Source of the DNA: Eledone cirrhosa
Lineage: Eukaryota
Reading direction: 5' to 3'
NCBI GenBank assembly: GCA_964016885.1
Contig: OZ024744.1
Span: 13,640,001 to 13,704,000 of the forward strand
Length of the DNA stretch: 64,000 nucleotides
Part shown: piece by piece, positions 27,701-42,600 of the stretch
Layout: the number at the start of each line of letters is the position of its first letter
Position numbering within the stretch: the first letter of the stretch is position 1
Program-made: the position numbers and the translations under genes
Notes under the pieces: model-generated
Seen by the model: the letters and a program-made list of their open reading frames with translations, nothing else
Told to the model about the DNA's origin: nothing
The model's database searches: none

Positions 27701-30700
27701 AAATTGAGAGATCACAACTCCCATACTATGGACATGTGGTTAGAATGTCTCAGTAGATCAGAGAGTCACTCCAGTTAAAGCCACTCTCTAAATTGAAAGA
27801 TCACAACTCCTATACTATGGACATGTGTTTAGAATGTCTCAGTAGATCAGAAAGTCACTCCAGTTAAAGCTACACTCTAAATTGAGAGATCACAGCTCCT
27901 ATACTATGGACATGGGGTTAGAATGTCTCAGTAGATCAGAGTGTCACTCCAGTTAAAGCCATGCTCTAAATTGAGAAATCACAACTCCCATTCTATGGAC
28001 ATGTGTTTAGAATGTCTCAGTAGATCAGAGAGTCACTCCAGTTAAAGCCACTCTCTAAATTGAGAGATCACAACTCCAATACTATGGACATGTGGTTAGA
28101 ATGTCTCAGTTGATTAGAGTGTCATTCCAGTTAAAGCTACTGTCTAAATTGAGAGATAACAACTTCCGTACTATGGACATGTGAGTAGAATGTGTCAGTA
28201 GATCAGAGAGTCACTCCAGTTAAAGCCACTAATTCTCTAAATTGAGAGATCACAACTCCCATACTATGGACATGTGGTTAGAATGTCTCAGTAGAACAGA
28301 GAGTCACTCCAGTTAAAGCTACTCTCTAAATTGAGAGATCACAACTCCCATACTATGGACATGTGGTTAGAATGTCTCAGTAGATCAGAGAGTCACTCCA
28401 GTTAAAGCTACTCTCTAAATTGAGAGATCACAACTCCCATACTATGGACATGGGGTTTGAAAGTCTCAGTAGATCAGAGTGTCACTCCAGTTAAAGCTAC
28501 TCTCTAAATTGAGAGATCACAACTCCAATACTATGGACATGTGGTTAGAATGTCTCAGTAGATTAGAGTGTCAATCCAGTTAAAGCTACTCTCTAAACTG
28601 AGAGATCACAACTCCCATACTATGGACATGTGGGTAGAATGTCACAGTAGATCAGAGAGTCACTCCAGTTAAAGCCACTAATTCTCTAAATTGAGAGATC
28701 ACAACTCCCATACTATGGACATGGGGTTTGAATGTCTCAGTAGATCAGAGATTCACTCCAGTTAAAGCTACTCTCTAAATTGAGAGATCACAACTCCAAT
28801 ACTATGGACATGGGGTTTGAAAGTCTCAGTAGATCAGAGTGTCACTCCAATTAAAGCTACTCTCTAAATTGAGAGATTACAACTCCAATACTATGGACAT
28901 GTGTTTAGAATGTCTCAGTATATTAGGGAGTCACTCCAGTTAAAGCCACTCTCTAAATTGAGAGATCACAACTCCAATATTATGAACATGGGGTTAGAAT
29001 GTCTCAGTAGATCAGAGTGTCACTCCAGTTAAAGCCACACTCTAAATTGAGAGATCACAACTTCCATACTATGGACATGTGGTTAGAATGTCTTAGTAGA
29101 TCAGAGAGTCACTCCAGTTAAAGCAACTCTCTAAGTTGAGAGATCACAACTCCAATACTATGGTCATGTGGTTAGAATGTCTCAGTAGATCAGAGAGTCA
29201 CTCCAGTTAAAGCCACTCTCTAAATTGAGAGATCACAACTCCAATAATATGGACATGGGGTTTGAATGTCTCAGTACATCGGAGTGTCACTCTAGTTAAT
29301 GTTACTCTCTAAATTGAGAGATCACAACTCCAATACTATAGACATGGGGTTTGAATGTCTCAGTAGATCAGAGAGTCACTCCAGTTAAAGCTACTCTCTA
29401 AATTGAGAGATCACAACTCCAATACTATGGACAAGGGGTTTGAAAGTCTCAGTAGATCAGAGTGTCACTCCAGTTAAAGCTACTCTCTAAATTGAGAGAT
29501 TACAACTCCAATACTATGGACATGGGGTTTCAATGTCTCAGTTGATCAGAGAGTCACTCCAGTTAAAGCTACTCTCTAAATTGAGAGATCACAACTCCAA
29601 TAATATGGACATGTGATTAGAATGTCTCAGTAGATCAGAGAGTCATTCCAGTTAAAGCCACTCTCTAAATTGAGAGATCACAACTACCATACTATGAACA
29701 TGTGGTTAGAATGTCTCAGTAGATCAGAGAGTCACTCCAGTTAAAGCTACTCTCTAAATTGAGAGATCACAACTCCCATACTATGGAAATGTGGTTAGAA
29801 TGTCTCAGTAGATCAGAGAGTCACTCCAGTTAAAGCCACTCTCTAAATTGAGAGATCACAACTCCCATACTATGGACATGTGGTTAGAATGTCTCAGTAG
29901 ATCAGAAAGCCACTCCAGTTAAAGCTACACTCTAAATTGAGAGATCACAATTCCTATACTATGGACATGGGGTTAGAATGTCTCAGTAGATCAGAGTGTC
30001 ACTCCAGTTAAAGCCACTCTCTAAATTGAGGGATCACAACTCCCATACTATGGACATGTGGTTAGAATGTCTCAGTAGATCAGAGAGTCACTCCAGTTAA
30101 AGCCACTCTCTAAATTGAGAGATCACAACTCCAATACTATGGACATGGGGTTTGAAAGTCTCACTAGATTAGAGTGTCACTCCAGTTAAAGTTACTCTCT
30201 AAATTGAGAGATCACAACTCCAATACTATGGACATGGGGTTTGAATGTCTCAGTAGATCAGAGAGTCGCTCAAGTTAAAGCCACTCTCTAAATTGAGAGA
30301 TCACAACTCCAATACTATGGATATGTGGTTAGAATGTCTCAGTAGATCAGAGTGTCACTCCAGTTAAAGCTACTCTCTAAATTGAGAGATCACAACTCCC
30401 ATACTATGGACATGTGTTTAGAATGTCTCATTAGATTAGAGTGTCAATCCAGTTAAAGCTACTCTCTAAATTGAGAGATCACAACTCCCATACTATGGAC
30501 ATGTGGGTAGAATGTCTCAGTAGATCAGAGAGTCACTCCAGTTAAAGCCACTAATTCTCTAAATTGAGAGATCACAACTCCCATACTATGGACATGGGGT
30601 TTGAATGTCTCAGTAGATCAGAGATTCACTCCAGTTAAAGCCACTCTCTAAATTGAGAGATCACAACTCCAATACTATGGACATGGGGTTAGAATGTCTC

Positions 30701-33700
30701 AGTAGATCAGAGTGTCACTCCAGTTAAAGCCACTCTCTAAATTGAGAGATCACAACTTCCATACTATGGACATGTGGTTAGAATGTCTCAGTAGATCAGA
30801 GAGTCACTCCAGTTAAAGCAACTCTCTAAGTTGAGAGATCACAACTCCAATACTATGGTCATGTGGTTAGAATGTCTCAGTAGATCAGAGAGTCACTCCA
30901 GTTAAAGCCACTCTCTAAATTGAGAGATCACAACTCCAATAATATGGACATGGGGTTTGAATGTCTCAGTACATCAGAGTGTCACTCCAGTTAAAGTTAC
31001 TCTCTAAATTGAGAGATCACAACTCCAATACTATGGACATGGGGTTTGAATGTCTCAGTAGATCAGAGAGTCACTCCAGTTAAAGCTACTCTCTAAATTG
31101 AGAGATCACAACTCCAATACTATGGACATGGGGTTTGAAAGTCTCAGTAGATCAGAGTGTCACTCCAGTTAAAGCTACTCTCTAAATTGAGAGATTACAA
31201 CTCCCATACTATGGACATGGGGTTTGAATGTCTCAGTAGATCAGAGATTCACTCCAGTTAAAGCCACTCTCTAAATTGAGAGATCACAACTCCCATACTA
31301 TGGATATGTGGGTAGAATGTCTCAGTAGATCAGAGAGTCACTCCAGTTAAAGCCACACTCAAAATTGAGAGATCACAACTCCAATACTATGGACATGTGG
31401 TTAGAACGTCTCAGTAGATCAGAGTGTCACTCCAGTTAAAGCCACTCTCTAAATTGAGAGATCACAACTTCCATACTATGGACATGTGGTTAGAATGTCT
31501 CAGTAGATCAGAGATTCACTCCAGTTAAAGCTACTCTTTAAATTGAGAGATCACAACTCCCATACTATGGACATGGGGTTTGAATGTCTCATTAGATCAG
31601 AGAGTCACTCCAGTTAAAGCTACTCTCTAAATTCTGAGATCACAACTCCAATACTATGGACATGGGGTTTGAATGTCTCAGTAGATCAGAGAGTCACTTC
31701 AGTTAAAGCTACTCTCTAAATTGAGAGATCACAACTCCAATACTATGGACATGGGGTTTGAAAGTCTCAGTAGATCAGAGTGTCACTCCAGTTAAAGCTA
31801 CTCTCTAAATTGAGAGATTACAACTCCAATACTATGGACATGGGGTTTGAATGTCTCAGTAGATCAGAGAGTCACTCCAGTTAAAGCTACTCTCTAAATT
31901 GAGAGATCACAACTCCCATACTATGGACATGTGGTTAGAATGACTCAGTAGATCAGAGAGTCACTCCAGTTAAAGCTACACTCTAAATTGAGAGATCACA
32001 GCTCCTATACTATGGACATGGGGTTAGAATGTCTCAGTAGATCAGAGTGTCACTCCAGTTAAAGCCACTCTCTAAATTGAGAAATCACAACTCCCATTCT
32101 ATGGACATGTGTTTAGAATGTCTCAGTAGATCAGAGAGTCACTCCAGTTAAAGCCACTCTCTAAATTGAGAGATCACAACTCCAATACTATGGACATGTG
32201 GTTAGAATGTCTCAGTTGATTAGAGTGTCATTCCAGTTAAAGCTACTCTCTAAATTGAGAGATCACAACTTCCATACTATGGACATGTGAGTAGAATGTC
32301 TCAGTAGATCAGAGAGTCACTCCAGTTGAAGCCACTAATTCTCTAAATTGAGAGATCACAACTCCCATACTATGGACATGTGGTTAGAATGTCTCAGTAG
32401 ATCAGAGAGTCACTCCAGTTAAAGCTACTCTCTAAATTGAGAGATCACAACTCCCATACTATGGACATGGGGTTTGAATGTCTAAGTAGATCAGAGATTC
32501 ACTCCAGTTAAAGCTACTCTCTAAATTGAGAGATCACAACTCCAATACTATGGACATGGGGTTTGATTGTCTCAGTAGATCAGAGTGTCACTCCAGTTAA
32601 AGCTACTCTCTAAATTGAGAGATCACAACTCCAATACTATGGACATGTGGTTAGAATGTCTCAGTAGATTAGAGTGTCAATCCAGTTAAAGCTACTCTCT
32701 AAATTGAGAGATCACAACTCCCATACTATGGACATGTGGGTAGAATGTCACAGTAGATCAGAGAGTCACTCCAGTTAAAGCCACTAATTCTCTAAATTGA
32801 GAGATCACAACTCCCATACTATGGACATGGGGTTTGAATGTCTCAGTAGATCAGAGATTCACTCCAGTTAAAGCTACTCTCTAAATTGAGAGATCACAAC
32901 TCCAATACTATGGACATGGTGTTTGAAAGTCTCAGTAGATCAGAGTGTCACTCCAGTTAAAGCTACTCTCTAAATTGAGAGATTACAACTCCAATACTAT
33001 GGACATGTGGTTAGAATGTCTCAGTATATTAGGGAGTCACTCCAGTTAAAGCCACTCTCTAAATTGAGAGATCACAACTCCAGTAATATGGACATGGGGT
33101 TTGAATGTCTCAGTACATCGGAGTGTCACTCTAGTTAATGTTACTCTCTAAATTGAGAGATCACAACTCCAATACTATAGACATGGGGTTTGAATGTCTC
33201 AGTAGATCAGAGAGTCACTCCAGTTAAAGCTACTCTCTAAATTGAGAGATCACAACTCCAATACTATGGACAAGGGGTTTGAAAGTCTCAGTAGATCAGA
33301 GTGTCACTCCAGTTAAAGCTACTCTCTAAATTGAGAGATCACAACTACCATACTATGAACATGTGGTTAGAGTGTCTCAGTAGATCAGAGAGTCACTCCA
33401 GTTAAAGCTACTCTCTAAATTGAGAGATCACAACTCCCATACTATGGACATGTGGTTAGAATGTCTCAGTAGATCAGAGAGTCACTCCAGTTAAAGCCAC
33501 TCTCTAAATTGAAAGATCACAACTCCTATACTATGGACATGTGTTTAGAATGTCTCAGTAAATCAGAAAGTCACTCCAGTTAAAGCTACACTCTAAATTG
33601 AGTGATCACAGCTCCTATACTATGGAAATGAGGTTAGAATGTCTCAGTAGATCAGAGTGTCACTCCAGTTAAAGCCACTCTCTAAATTGAGAGATCACAA

Positions 33701-35099
33701 CTCCCATACTATGGACATGTGGTTAGAATGTCTCAGTAGATCAGGGAGTCACTCCAGTTAAAGCCACTCTCTAAATTGAGAGATCACAACTCGCATACTA
33801 TGGACATGTGGTTAGAATGTCTCAGTAGATCAGAGAGTCACTCCAGTTAAAGCCACTCTCTAAATTGAGAGATCACAACTCCCATACTATGGATATGTGG
33901 GTAGAATGTCTCAGTAGATCAGAGAGTCACTCCAGTTAAAGCCACACTCAAAATTGAGAGATCACAGCTCCAATACTATGGACATGTGGTTAGAATGTCT
34001 CAGTAGATCAGAGTGTCACTCCAGTTAAAGCCACTCTCTAAATTGAGAGATCACAACTTCCATACTATGGACATGTGGTTAGAATGTCTCAGTAGATCAG
34101 AGATTCACTCCAGTTAAAGCTACTCTCTAAATTCTGAGATCACAACTCCAATACTATGGACATGTGTTTAGAATGTCTCATTAGATTAGAGTGTCAATCC
34201 AGTTAAAGCTACTCTCTAAATTGAGAGATCACAACTCCCATACTATGGACATGTGGGTAGAATGTCTCAGTAGATCAGAGAGTCACTCCAGTTAAAGCCA
34301 CTAATTCTCTAAATTGAGAGATCACAACTCCCATACTATGGACATGGGGTTTGAATGTCTCAGTAGATCAGAGATTCACTCCAGTTAAAGCCACTCTCTA
34401 AATTGAGAGATCACAACTCCAATACTATGGACATGGGGTTAGAATGTCTCAGTAGATCAGAGTGTCACTCCAGTTAAAGCCACTCTCTAAATTGAGCGAT
34501 CACAACTTCCATACTATGGACATGTGGTTAGAATGTCTCAGTAGATCAGAGAGTCACTCCAGTTAAAGCAACTCTCTAAGTTGAGAGATCACAACTCCAA
34601 TACTATGGTCATGTGGTTAGAATGTCTCAGTAGATCAGAGAGTCACTCCAGTTAAAGCCACTCTCTAAATTGAGAGATCACAACTCCAATAATATGGACA
34701 TGGGGTTTGAATGTCTCAGTACATCAGAGTGTCACTCCAGTTAAAGTTACTCTCTAAATTGAGATATCACAACTCCAATACTATGGACATGTGGTTAGAA
34801 TGTCTCAGTAGATTAGAGTGTCATTCCAGTTAAAGCTACTCTCTAAATTGAGAGATCACAACTCCCATACTATGGACATGTGGTTAGAATGTCTCAGTAG
34901 ATCAGAGAGTCACTCCAGTTAAAGCCACTCTCTAAATTGAGAGATCACAACTCCAATACTATGGACATGGGGTTTGAAAGTCTCAGTAGATCAGAGAGTC
35001 ACTCCAGTTAAAGCAACTCTCTAAGTTGAGAGATCACAACTCCAATACTATGGTCATGTGGTTAGAATGTCTCAGTAGATCAGAGAGTCACTCCAGTTA

Positions 35100-38000
35100 A
35101 AGCCACTCTCTAAATTGAGAGATCACAACTCCAATAATATGGACATGGGGTTTGAATGTCTCAGTACATCAGAGTGTCACTCCAGTTAAAGTTACTCTCT
35201 AAATTGAGAGTTCACAACTCCAATACTATGGACATGGGGTTTGAATGTCTCAGTAGATCAGAGAGTCACTCCAGTTAAAGCTACTCTCTAAATTGAGAGA
35301 TCACAACTCCAATACTATGGACATGGGGTTTGAAAGTCTCAGTAGATCAGAGTGTCACTCCAGTTAAAGCTACTCTCTAAATTGAGAGATTACAACTCAA
35401 ATACTATGGACATGGGGTTTCAATGTCTCAGTAGATCAGAGAGTCACCCAGTTAAAGCTACTCTCTAAATTGAGAGATCAGAACTCCCATACTATGGACA
35501 TGTGGTTAGAATGTCTCAGTAGATCAGAGAGTCACTCCAGTTAAAGCTACTCTCTAAATTGAGAGATCACAACTCCCATACTATGGACATGTGGTTAGAA
35601 TGTCTCAGTAAATCAGAGAGTCACTCCAGTTAAAGCCACTCTCTAAATTGAGAGATCACTACTCCCATACTATGGACATGTGTTTAGAATGTCTCAGTAG
35701 ATCAGAGAGTCAATCCAGTTAAAGCTACTCTCTAAATTGAGAGATCACAACTCCTATACTATGGACATGGGGTTAGAATGTCTCAGTAGATCAGAGTGTC
35801 ACTCCAGTTAAAGCCACTCTCTAAATTGAGAGATCACAACTCCCATACTATGGACATGTGGTTAGAATGTCTCAGTAGATCAGGGAGTCACTCCAGTTAA
35901 AACCACTCTCTAAATTGAGAGATCACAACTCGCATACTATGGACATGTGGTTAGAATGTCTCAGTAGATCAGAGAGTCACTCCAGTTAAAGCCACTCTCT
36001 AAATTGAGAGATCACAACTCCCATACTATGGATATATGGGTAGAATGTCTCAGTAGATCAGAGAGTCACTCCAGTTAAAGCCACACTCAAAATTGAGAGA
36101 TCACAACTCCAATACTATGGACATGTTGTTAGAATGTCTCAGTAGATCAGAGTGTCACTCCAGTTAAAGCCACTCTCTAAATTGAGAGATCACAACTTCC
36201 ATACTATGGACATGTGGTTAGAATGTCTCAGTAGATCAGAGATTCACTCCAGTTAAAGCTACTCTCTAAATTGAGAGATCACAACTCCCATACTATGGAC
36301 ATGGGGTTTGAATGACTCAGTAGATCAGAGAGTCACTCCAGCTAAAGCTACTCTCTAAATTCTGAGATCACAACTCCAATACTATGGACATGGGGTTTGA
36401 ATGTCTCAGTAGATCAGAGAGTCACTCCAGTTAAAGCTACTCTCTAAATTGAGAGCTCACAACTCCAATACTATGGACATGGGGTTTGAAAGTCTCAGTA
36501 GATCAGAGTGTCACTCCAGTTAAAGCTACTCTCTAAATTGAGAGATTACAACTCCAATACTATGGACATGGGGTTTGAATGTCTCAGTAGATCAGAGAGT
36601 CACTCCAGTTAAAGCTACTCTCTAAATTGAGAGATCACAACTCCCATACTATGGACATGTGGTTAGAATGCCTCAGTAGATCAGAGAGTCACTCCAGTTA
36701 AAGCCACTCTCTAAATTGAAAGATCACAACTCCTATACTATGGACATGTGTTTAGAATGTCTCAGTAGATCAGAAAGTCACTCCAGTTAATGCTACACTC
36801 TAAATTGAGAGATCACAGCTCCTATACTATGGACATGTGGTTAGAATGTCTCAGTAGATCAGAGTGTCACTCCAGTTAAAGCCACTCTCTAAATTGAGAG
36901 ATCACAACTTCCATACTATGGACATGTGGTTAGAATGTCTCAGTAGATCAGAGATTCACTCCAGTTAAAGCTACTCTCTAAATTGAGAGATCACAACTCC
37001 CATACTATGGACATGTGTTTAGAATGTCTCACTAGATTAGAGTGTCAATCCAGTTAAAGCTACTCTCTAAATTGAGAGATCACAACTCCCATACTATGGA
37101 CATGTGGGTAGAATGTCTCAGTAGATCAGAGAGTCACTCCAGTTAAAGCCACTAATTCTCTAAATTGAGAGATCACAACTCCCATACTATGGACATGGGG
37201 TTTGAATGTCTCAGTAGATCAGAGATTCACTCCAGTTAAAGCCACTCTCTAAATTGAGAGATCACAACTCCAATTCTATGGACATGGGGTTAGAATGTCT
37301 CAGTAGATCAGAGTGTCACTCCAGTTAAAGCCACTCTCTAAATTGAGCGATCACAACTTCCATACTATGGACATGTGGTTAGAATGTCTCAGTAGATCAG
37401 AGAGTCACTCCAGTTAAAGCAACTCTCTAAGTTGAGAGATCACAACTCCAATACTATGGTCATGTGGTTAGAATGTCTCAGTAGATCAGAGAGTCACTCC
37501 AGTTAAAGCCACTCTCTAAATTGAGAGATCACAACTCCCATACTATGGATATATGGGTAGAATGTCTCAGTAGATCAGAGAGTCACTCCAGTTAAAGCCA
37601 CACTCAAAATTGAGAGATCACAACTTCCATACTATGGACATGTGGTTAGAATGTCTCAGTAGATCAGAGATTCACTCCAGTTAAAGCTACTCTCTAAATT
37701 GAGAGATCACAACTCCCATACTATGGACATGGGGTTTGAATGACTCAGTAGATCAGAGAGTCACTCCAGCTAAAGCTACTCTCTAAATTCTGAGATCACC
37801 ACTCCAATACTATGGACATGGGGTTTGAATGTCTCAGTAGATCAGAGAGTCACTCCAGTTAAAGCTACTCTCTAAATTGAGAGCTCACAACTCCAATACT
37901 ATGGACATGGGGTTTGAAAGTCTCAGTAGATCAGAGTGTCACTCCAGTTAAAGCTACTCTCTAAATTGAGAGATCACAACTCCCATACTATGGACATGTG

Positions 38001-41000
38001 GTTAGAATGCCTCAGTAGATCAGAGAGTCACTCCAGTTAAAGCCACTCTCTAAATTGAAAGATCACAACTCCTATACTATGGACATGTGTTTAGAATGTC
38101 TCAGTAGATCAGAAAGTCACTCCAGTTAAAGCTACACTCTAAATTGAGAGATCACAGCTCCTATACTATGGACATGGGGTTAGAATGTCTCAGTAGATCA
38201 GAGTGTCACTCCAGTTAAAGCCACTCTCTAAATTGAGAAATCACAACTCCCATTCTATGGACATGTGTTTAGAATGTCTCAGTAGATCAGAGAGTCACTC
38301 CAGTTAAAGCCACTCTCTAAATTGAGAGTTCACAACTCCAATACTATGGACATGTGGTTAGAATGTCTCATTTATTAGAGTGTCATTCCAGTTAAAGCTA
38401 CTCTCTAAATTGAGAGATAACAACTTCCATACTATGGACATGTGAGTAGAATGTCTCAGTAGATCAGAGAGTCACTCCAGTTAAAGCCACTAATTCTCTA
38501 AATTGAGAGATCACAACTCCCATACTATGGACATGTGGTTAGAATGTCTCAGTAGATCAGAGAGTCACTCCAGTTAAAGCTACTCTCTAAATTGAGAGAT
38601 TACAACTCCAATACTATGGACATGGGGTTTCAATGTCTCAGTAGATCAGAGAGTCACTCCAGTTAAAGCTACTCTCTAAATTGAGAGATCACAACTCCAA
38701 TAATATGGACATGTGATTAGAATGTCTCAGTAGATCAGAGAGTCATTCCAGTTAAAGCCACTCTCTAAATTGAGAGATCACAACTCCAATACTATGGTCA
38801 TGTGGTTAGAATGTCTCAGTAGATCAGAGAGTCACTCCAGTTAAAGCCACTCTCTAAATTGAGAGATCACAACTCCAATAATATGGACATGGGGTTTGAA
38901 TGTCTCAGTACATCAGAGTGTCACTCCAGTTAAAGTTACTCTCTAAATTGAGAGATCACAACTCCAATACTATGGACATGGGGTTTGAATGTCTCAGTAG
39001 ATCAGAGAGTCACTCCAGTTAAAGCTACTCTCTAAATTGAGAGATCACAACTCCAATACTATGGACATGGGGTTTGAAAGTCTCAGTAGATCAGAGTGTC
39101 ACTCCAGTTAAAGCTACTCTCTAAATTGAGAGATTACAACTCAAATACTATGGACATGGGGTTTCAATGTCTCAGTAGATCAGAGAGTCACCCAGTTAAA
39201 GCTACTCTCTAAATTGAGAGATCAGAACTCCCATACTATGGACATGTGGTTAGAATGTCTCAGTAGATCAGAGAGTCACTCCAGTTAAAGCTACTCTCTA
39301 AATTGAGAGATCACAACTCCCATACTATGGACATGTGGTTAGAATGTCTCAGTAAATCAGAGAGTCACTCCAGTTAAAGCCACTCTCTAAATTGAGAGAT
39401 CACAACTCCAATACTATGGACATGTGGTTAGAATGTCTCAGTAGATCAGAGTGTCACTCCAGTTAAAGCCACTCTCTAAATTGAGAGATCACAACTTCCA
39501 TACTATGGACATGTGGTTAGAATGTCTCAGTAGATCAGAGATTCACTCCAGTTAAAGCTACTCTCTAAATTGAGAGATCACAACTCCCATACTATGGACA
39601 TGGGGTTTGAATGACTCAGTAGATCAGAGAGTCACTCCAGCTAAAGCTACTCTCTAAATTCTGAGATCACAACTCCAATACTATGGACATGGGGTTTGAA
39701 TGTCTCAGTAGATCAGAGAGTCACTCCAGTTAAAGCTACTCTCTAAATTGAGAGCTCACAACTCCAATACTATGGACATGGGGTTTGAAAGTCTCAGTAG
39801 ATCAGAGTGTCACTCCAGTTAAAGCTACTCTCTAAATTGAGAGATTACAACTCCAATACTATGGACATTGGGTTTGAATGTCTCAGTAGATCAGAGAGTC
39901 ACTCCAGTTAAAGCTACTCTCTAAATTGAGAGATCACAACTCCCATACTATGGACATGTGGTTAGAATGCCTCAGTAGATCAGAGAGTCACTCCAGTTAA
40001 AGCCACTCTCTAAATTGAAAGATCACAACTCCTATACTATGGACATGTGAGTAGAATGTCTCAGTAGATCAGAGAGTCACTCCAGTTAAAGCCACTAATT
40101 CTCTAAATTGAGAGATCACAACTCCCATACTATGGACATGTGGTTAGAATGTCTCAGTAGATCAGAGAGTCACTCCAGTTAAAGCTACTCTCTAAGTTGA
40201 GAGATCACAACTCCCATACTATGGACATGGGGTTTGAATGTCTAAGTAGATCAGAGATTCACTCCAGTTAAAGCTACTCTCTAAATTGAGAGATCACAAC
40301 TCCAATACTATGGACATGGGGTTTGATTGTCTCAGTAGATCAGAGTGTCACTCCAGTTAAAGCTACTCTCTAAATTGAGAGATCACAACTCCAATACTAT
40401 GGACATGGGGTTTGAAAGTCTCAGTAGATCAGAGTGTCACTCCAGTTAAAGCTCCTCTCTAAATTGAGAGATTACAACTCCAATACTATGGACATGTGGT
40501 TAGAATGTCTCAGTAGATTAGGGAGTCACTCCAGTTAAAGCCACTCTCTAAATTGAGAGATCACAACTCCAATACTATGGACATGGGGTTAGAATGTCTC
40601 AGTAGAACAGAGTGTCACTCCAGTTAAAGCCACTCTCTAAATTGAGAGATCACAACTCCAATACTATGGACATGGGGTTTGAAAGTCTCAGTAGATCAGA
40701 GTGTCACTCCAGTTAAAGCTACTCTCTAAATTGAGAGATTACAACTCAAATACTATGGACATGGGGTTTCAATGTCTCAGTAGATCAAAGAGTCACCCAG
40801 TTAAAGCTACTCTCTAAATTGAGAGATCAGAACGCCCATACTATGGACATGTGGTTAGAATGTCTCAGTAGATCAGAGAGTCACTCCAGTTAAAGCTACT
40901 CTCTAAATTGAGAGATCACAACTCCCATACTATGGACATGTGGTTAGAATGTCTCAGTAAATCAGAGAGTCACTCCAGTTAAAGCCACTCTCTAAATTGA

Positions 41001-42600
41001 GAGATCACTACTCCCATACTATGGACATGTGTTTAGAATGTCTCAGTAGATCAGAGAGTCAATCCAGTTAAAGCTACTCTCTAAATTGAGAGATCACAAC
41101 TCCTATACTATGGACATGGGGTTAGAATGTCTCAGTAGATCAGAGTGTCACTCCAGTTAAAGCCACTCTCTAAATAGAGAGATCACAACTCCCATACTAT
41201 GGACATGTGGTTAGAATGTCTCAGTAGATCAGGGAGTCACTCCAGTTAAAACCACTCTCTAAATTGAGAGATCACAACTCGCATACTATGGACATGTGGT
41301 TAGAATGTCTCAGTAGATCAGAGAGTCACTCCAGTTAAAGCCACTCTCTAAATTGAGAGATCACAACTCCCATACTATGGATATATGGGTAGAATGTCTC
41401 AGTAGATCAGAGAGTCACTCCAGTTAAAGCCACACTCAAAATTGAGAGATCACAACTCCAATACTATGGACATGTGGTTAGAATGTCTCAGTAGATCAGA
41501 GTGTCACTCCAGTTAAAGCCACTCTCTAAATTGAGAGATCACAACTTCCATACTATGGACATGTGGTTAGAATGTCTCAGTAGATCAGAGATTCACTCCA
41601 GTTAAAGCTACTCTCTAAATTGAGAGATCACAACTCCCATACTATGGACATGGGGTTTGAATGTCTCAGTAGATCAGAGAGTCACTCCAGCTAAAGCTAC
41701 TCTCTAAATTCTGAGATCACAACTCCAATACTATGGACATGGGGTTTGAATGTCTCAGTAGATCAGAGAGTCACTCCAGTTAAAGCTACTCTCTAAATTG
41801 AGAGCTCACAACTCCAATACTATGGACATGGGGTTTGAAAGTCTCAGTAGATCAGAGTGTCACTCCAGTTAAAGCTACTCTCTAAATTGAGAGATTACAA
41901 CTCCAATACTATGGACATGGGGTTTGAATGTCTCAGTAGATCAGAGAGTCACTCCAGTTAAAGCTACTCTCTAAATTGAGAGATCACAACTCCCATACTA
42001 TGGACATGTGGTTAGAATGCCTCAGTAGATCAGAGAGTCACTCCAGTTAAAGCCACTCTCTAAATTGAAAGATCACAACTCCTATACTATGGACATGTGT
42101 TTAGAACGTCTCAGTAGATCAGAAAGTCACTCCAGTTAAAGCTACACTCTAAATTGAGAGATCACAGCTCCTATACTATGGACATGGGGTTAGAATGTCT
42201 CAGTAGATCAGAGTGTCACTCCAGTTAAAGCCACTCTCTAAATTGAGAAATCACAACTCCCATTCTATGGACATGTGTTTAGAATGTCTCAGTAGATCAG
42301 AGAGTCACTCCAGTTAAAGCCACTCTCTAAATTGAGAGTTCACAACTCCAATACTATGGACATGTGGTTAGAATGTCTCATTTATTAGAGTGTCATTCCA
42401 GTTAAAGCTACTCTCTAAATTGAGAGATAACAACTTCCATACTATGGACATGTGAGTAGAATGTCTCAGTAGATCAGAGAGTCACTCCAGTTAAAGCCAC
42501 TAATTCTCTAAATTGAGAGATCACAACTCCCATACTATGGACATGTGGTTAGAATGTCTCAGTAGATCAGAGAGTCACTCCAGTTAAAGCTACTCTCTAA
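35100..42600 (+). repeat. Irregular higher-order repeat, four related copies at 16-, 21- and 23-monomer spacing
   Basis: GAGAGCTCAC is at 36451, 37879, 39750 and 41800 (offsets 1428, 1871, 2050), each accompanied by the CCAGCTAAAG and AATGCCTCAG variants. Confidence 0.8.
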
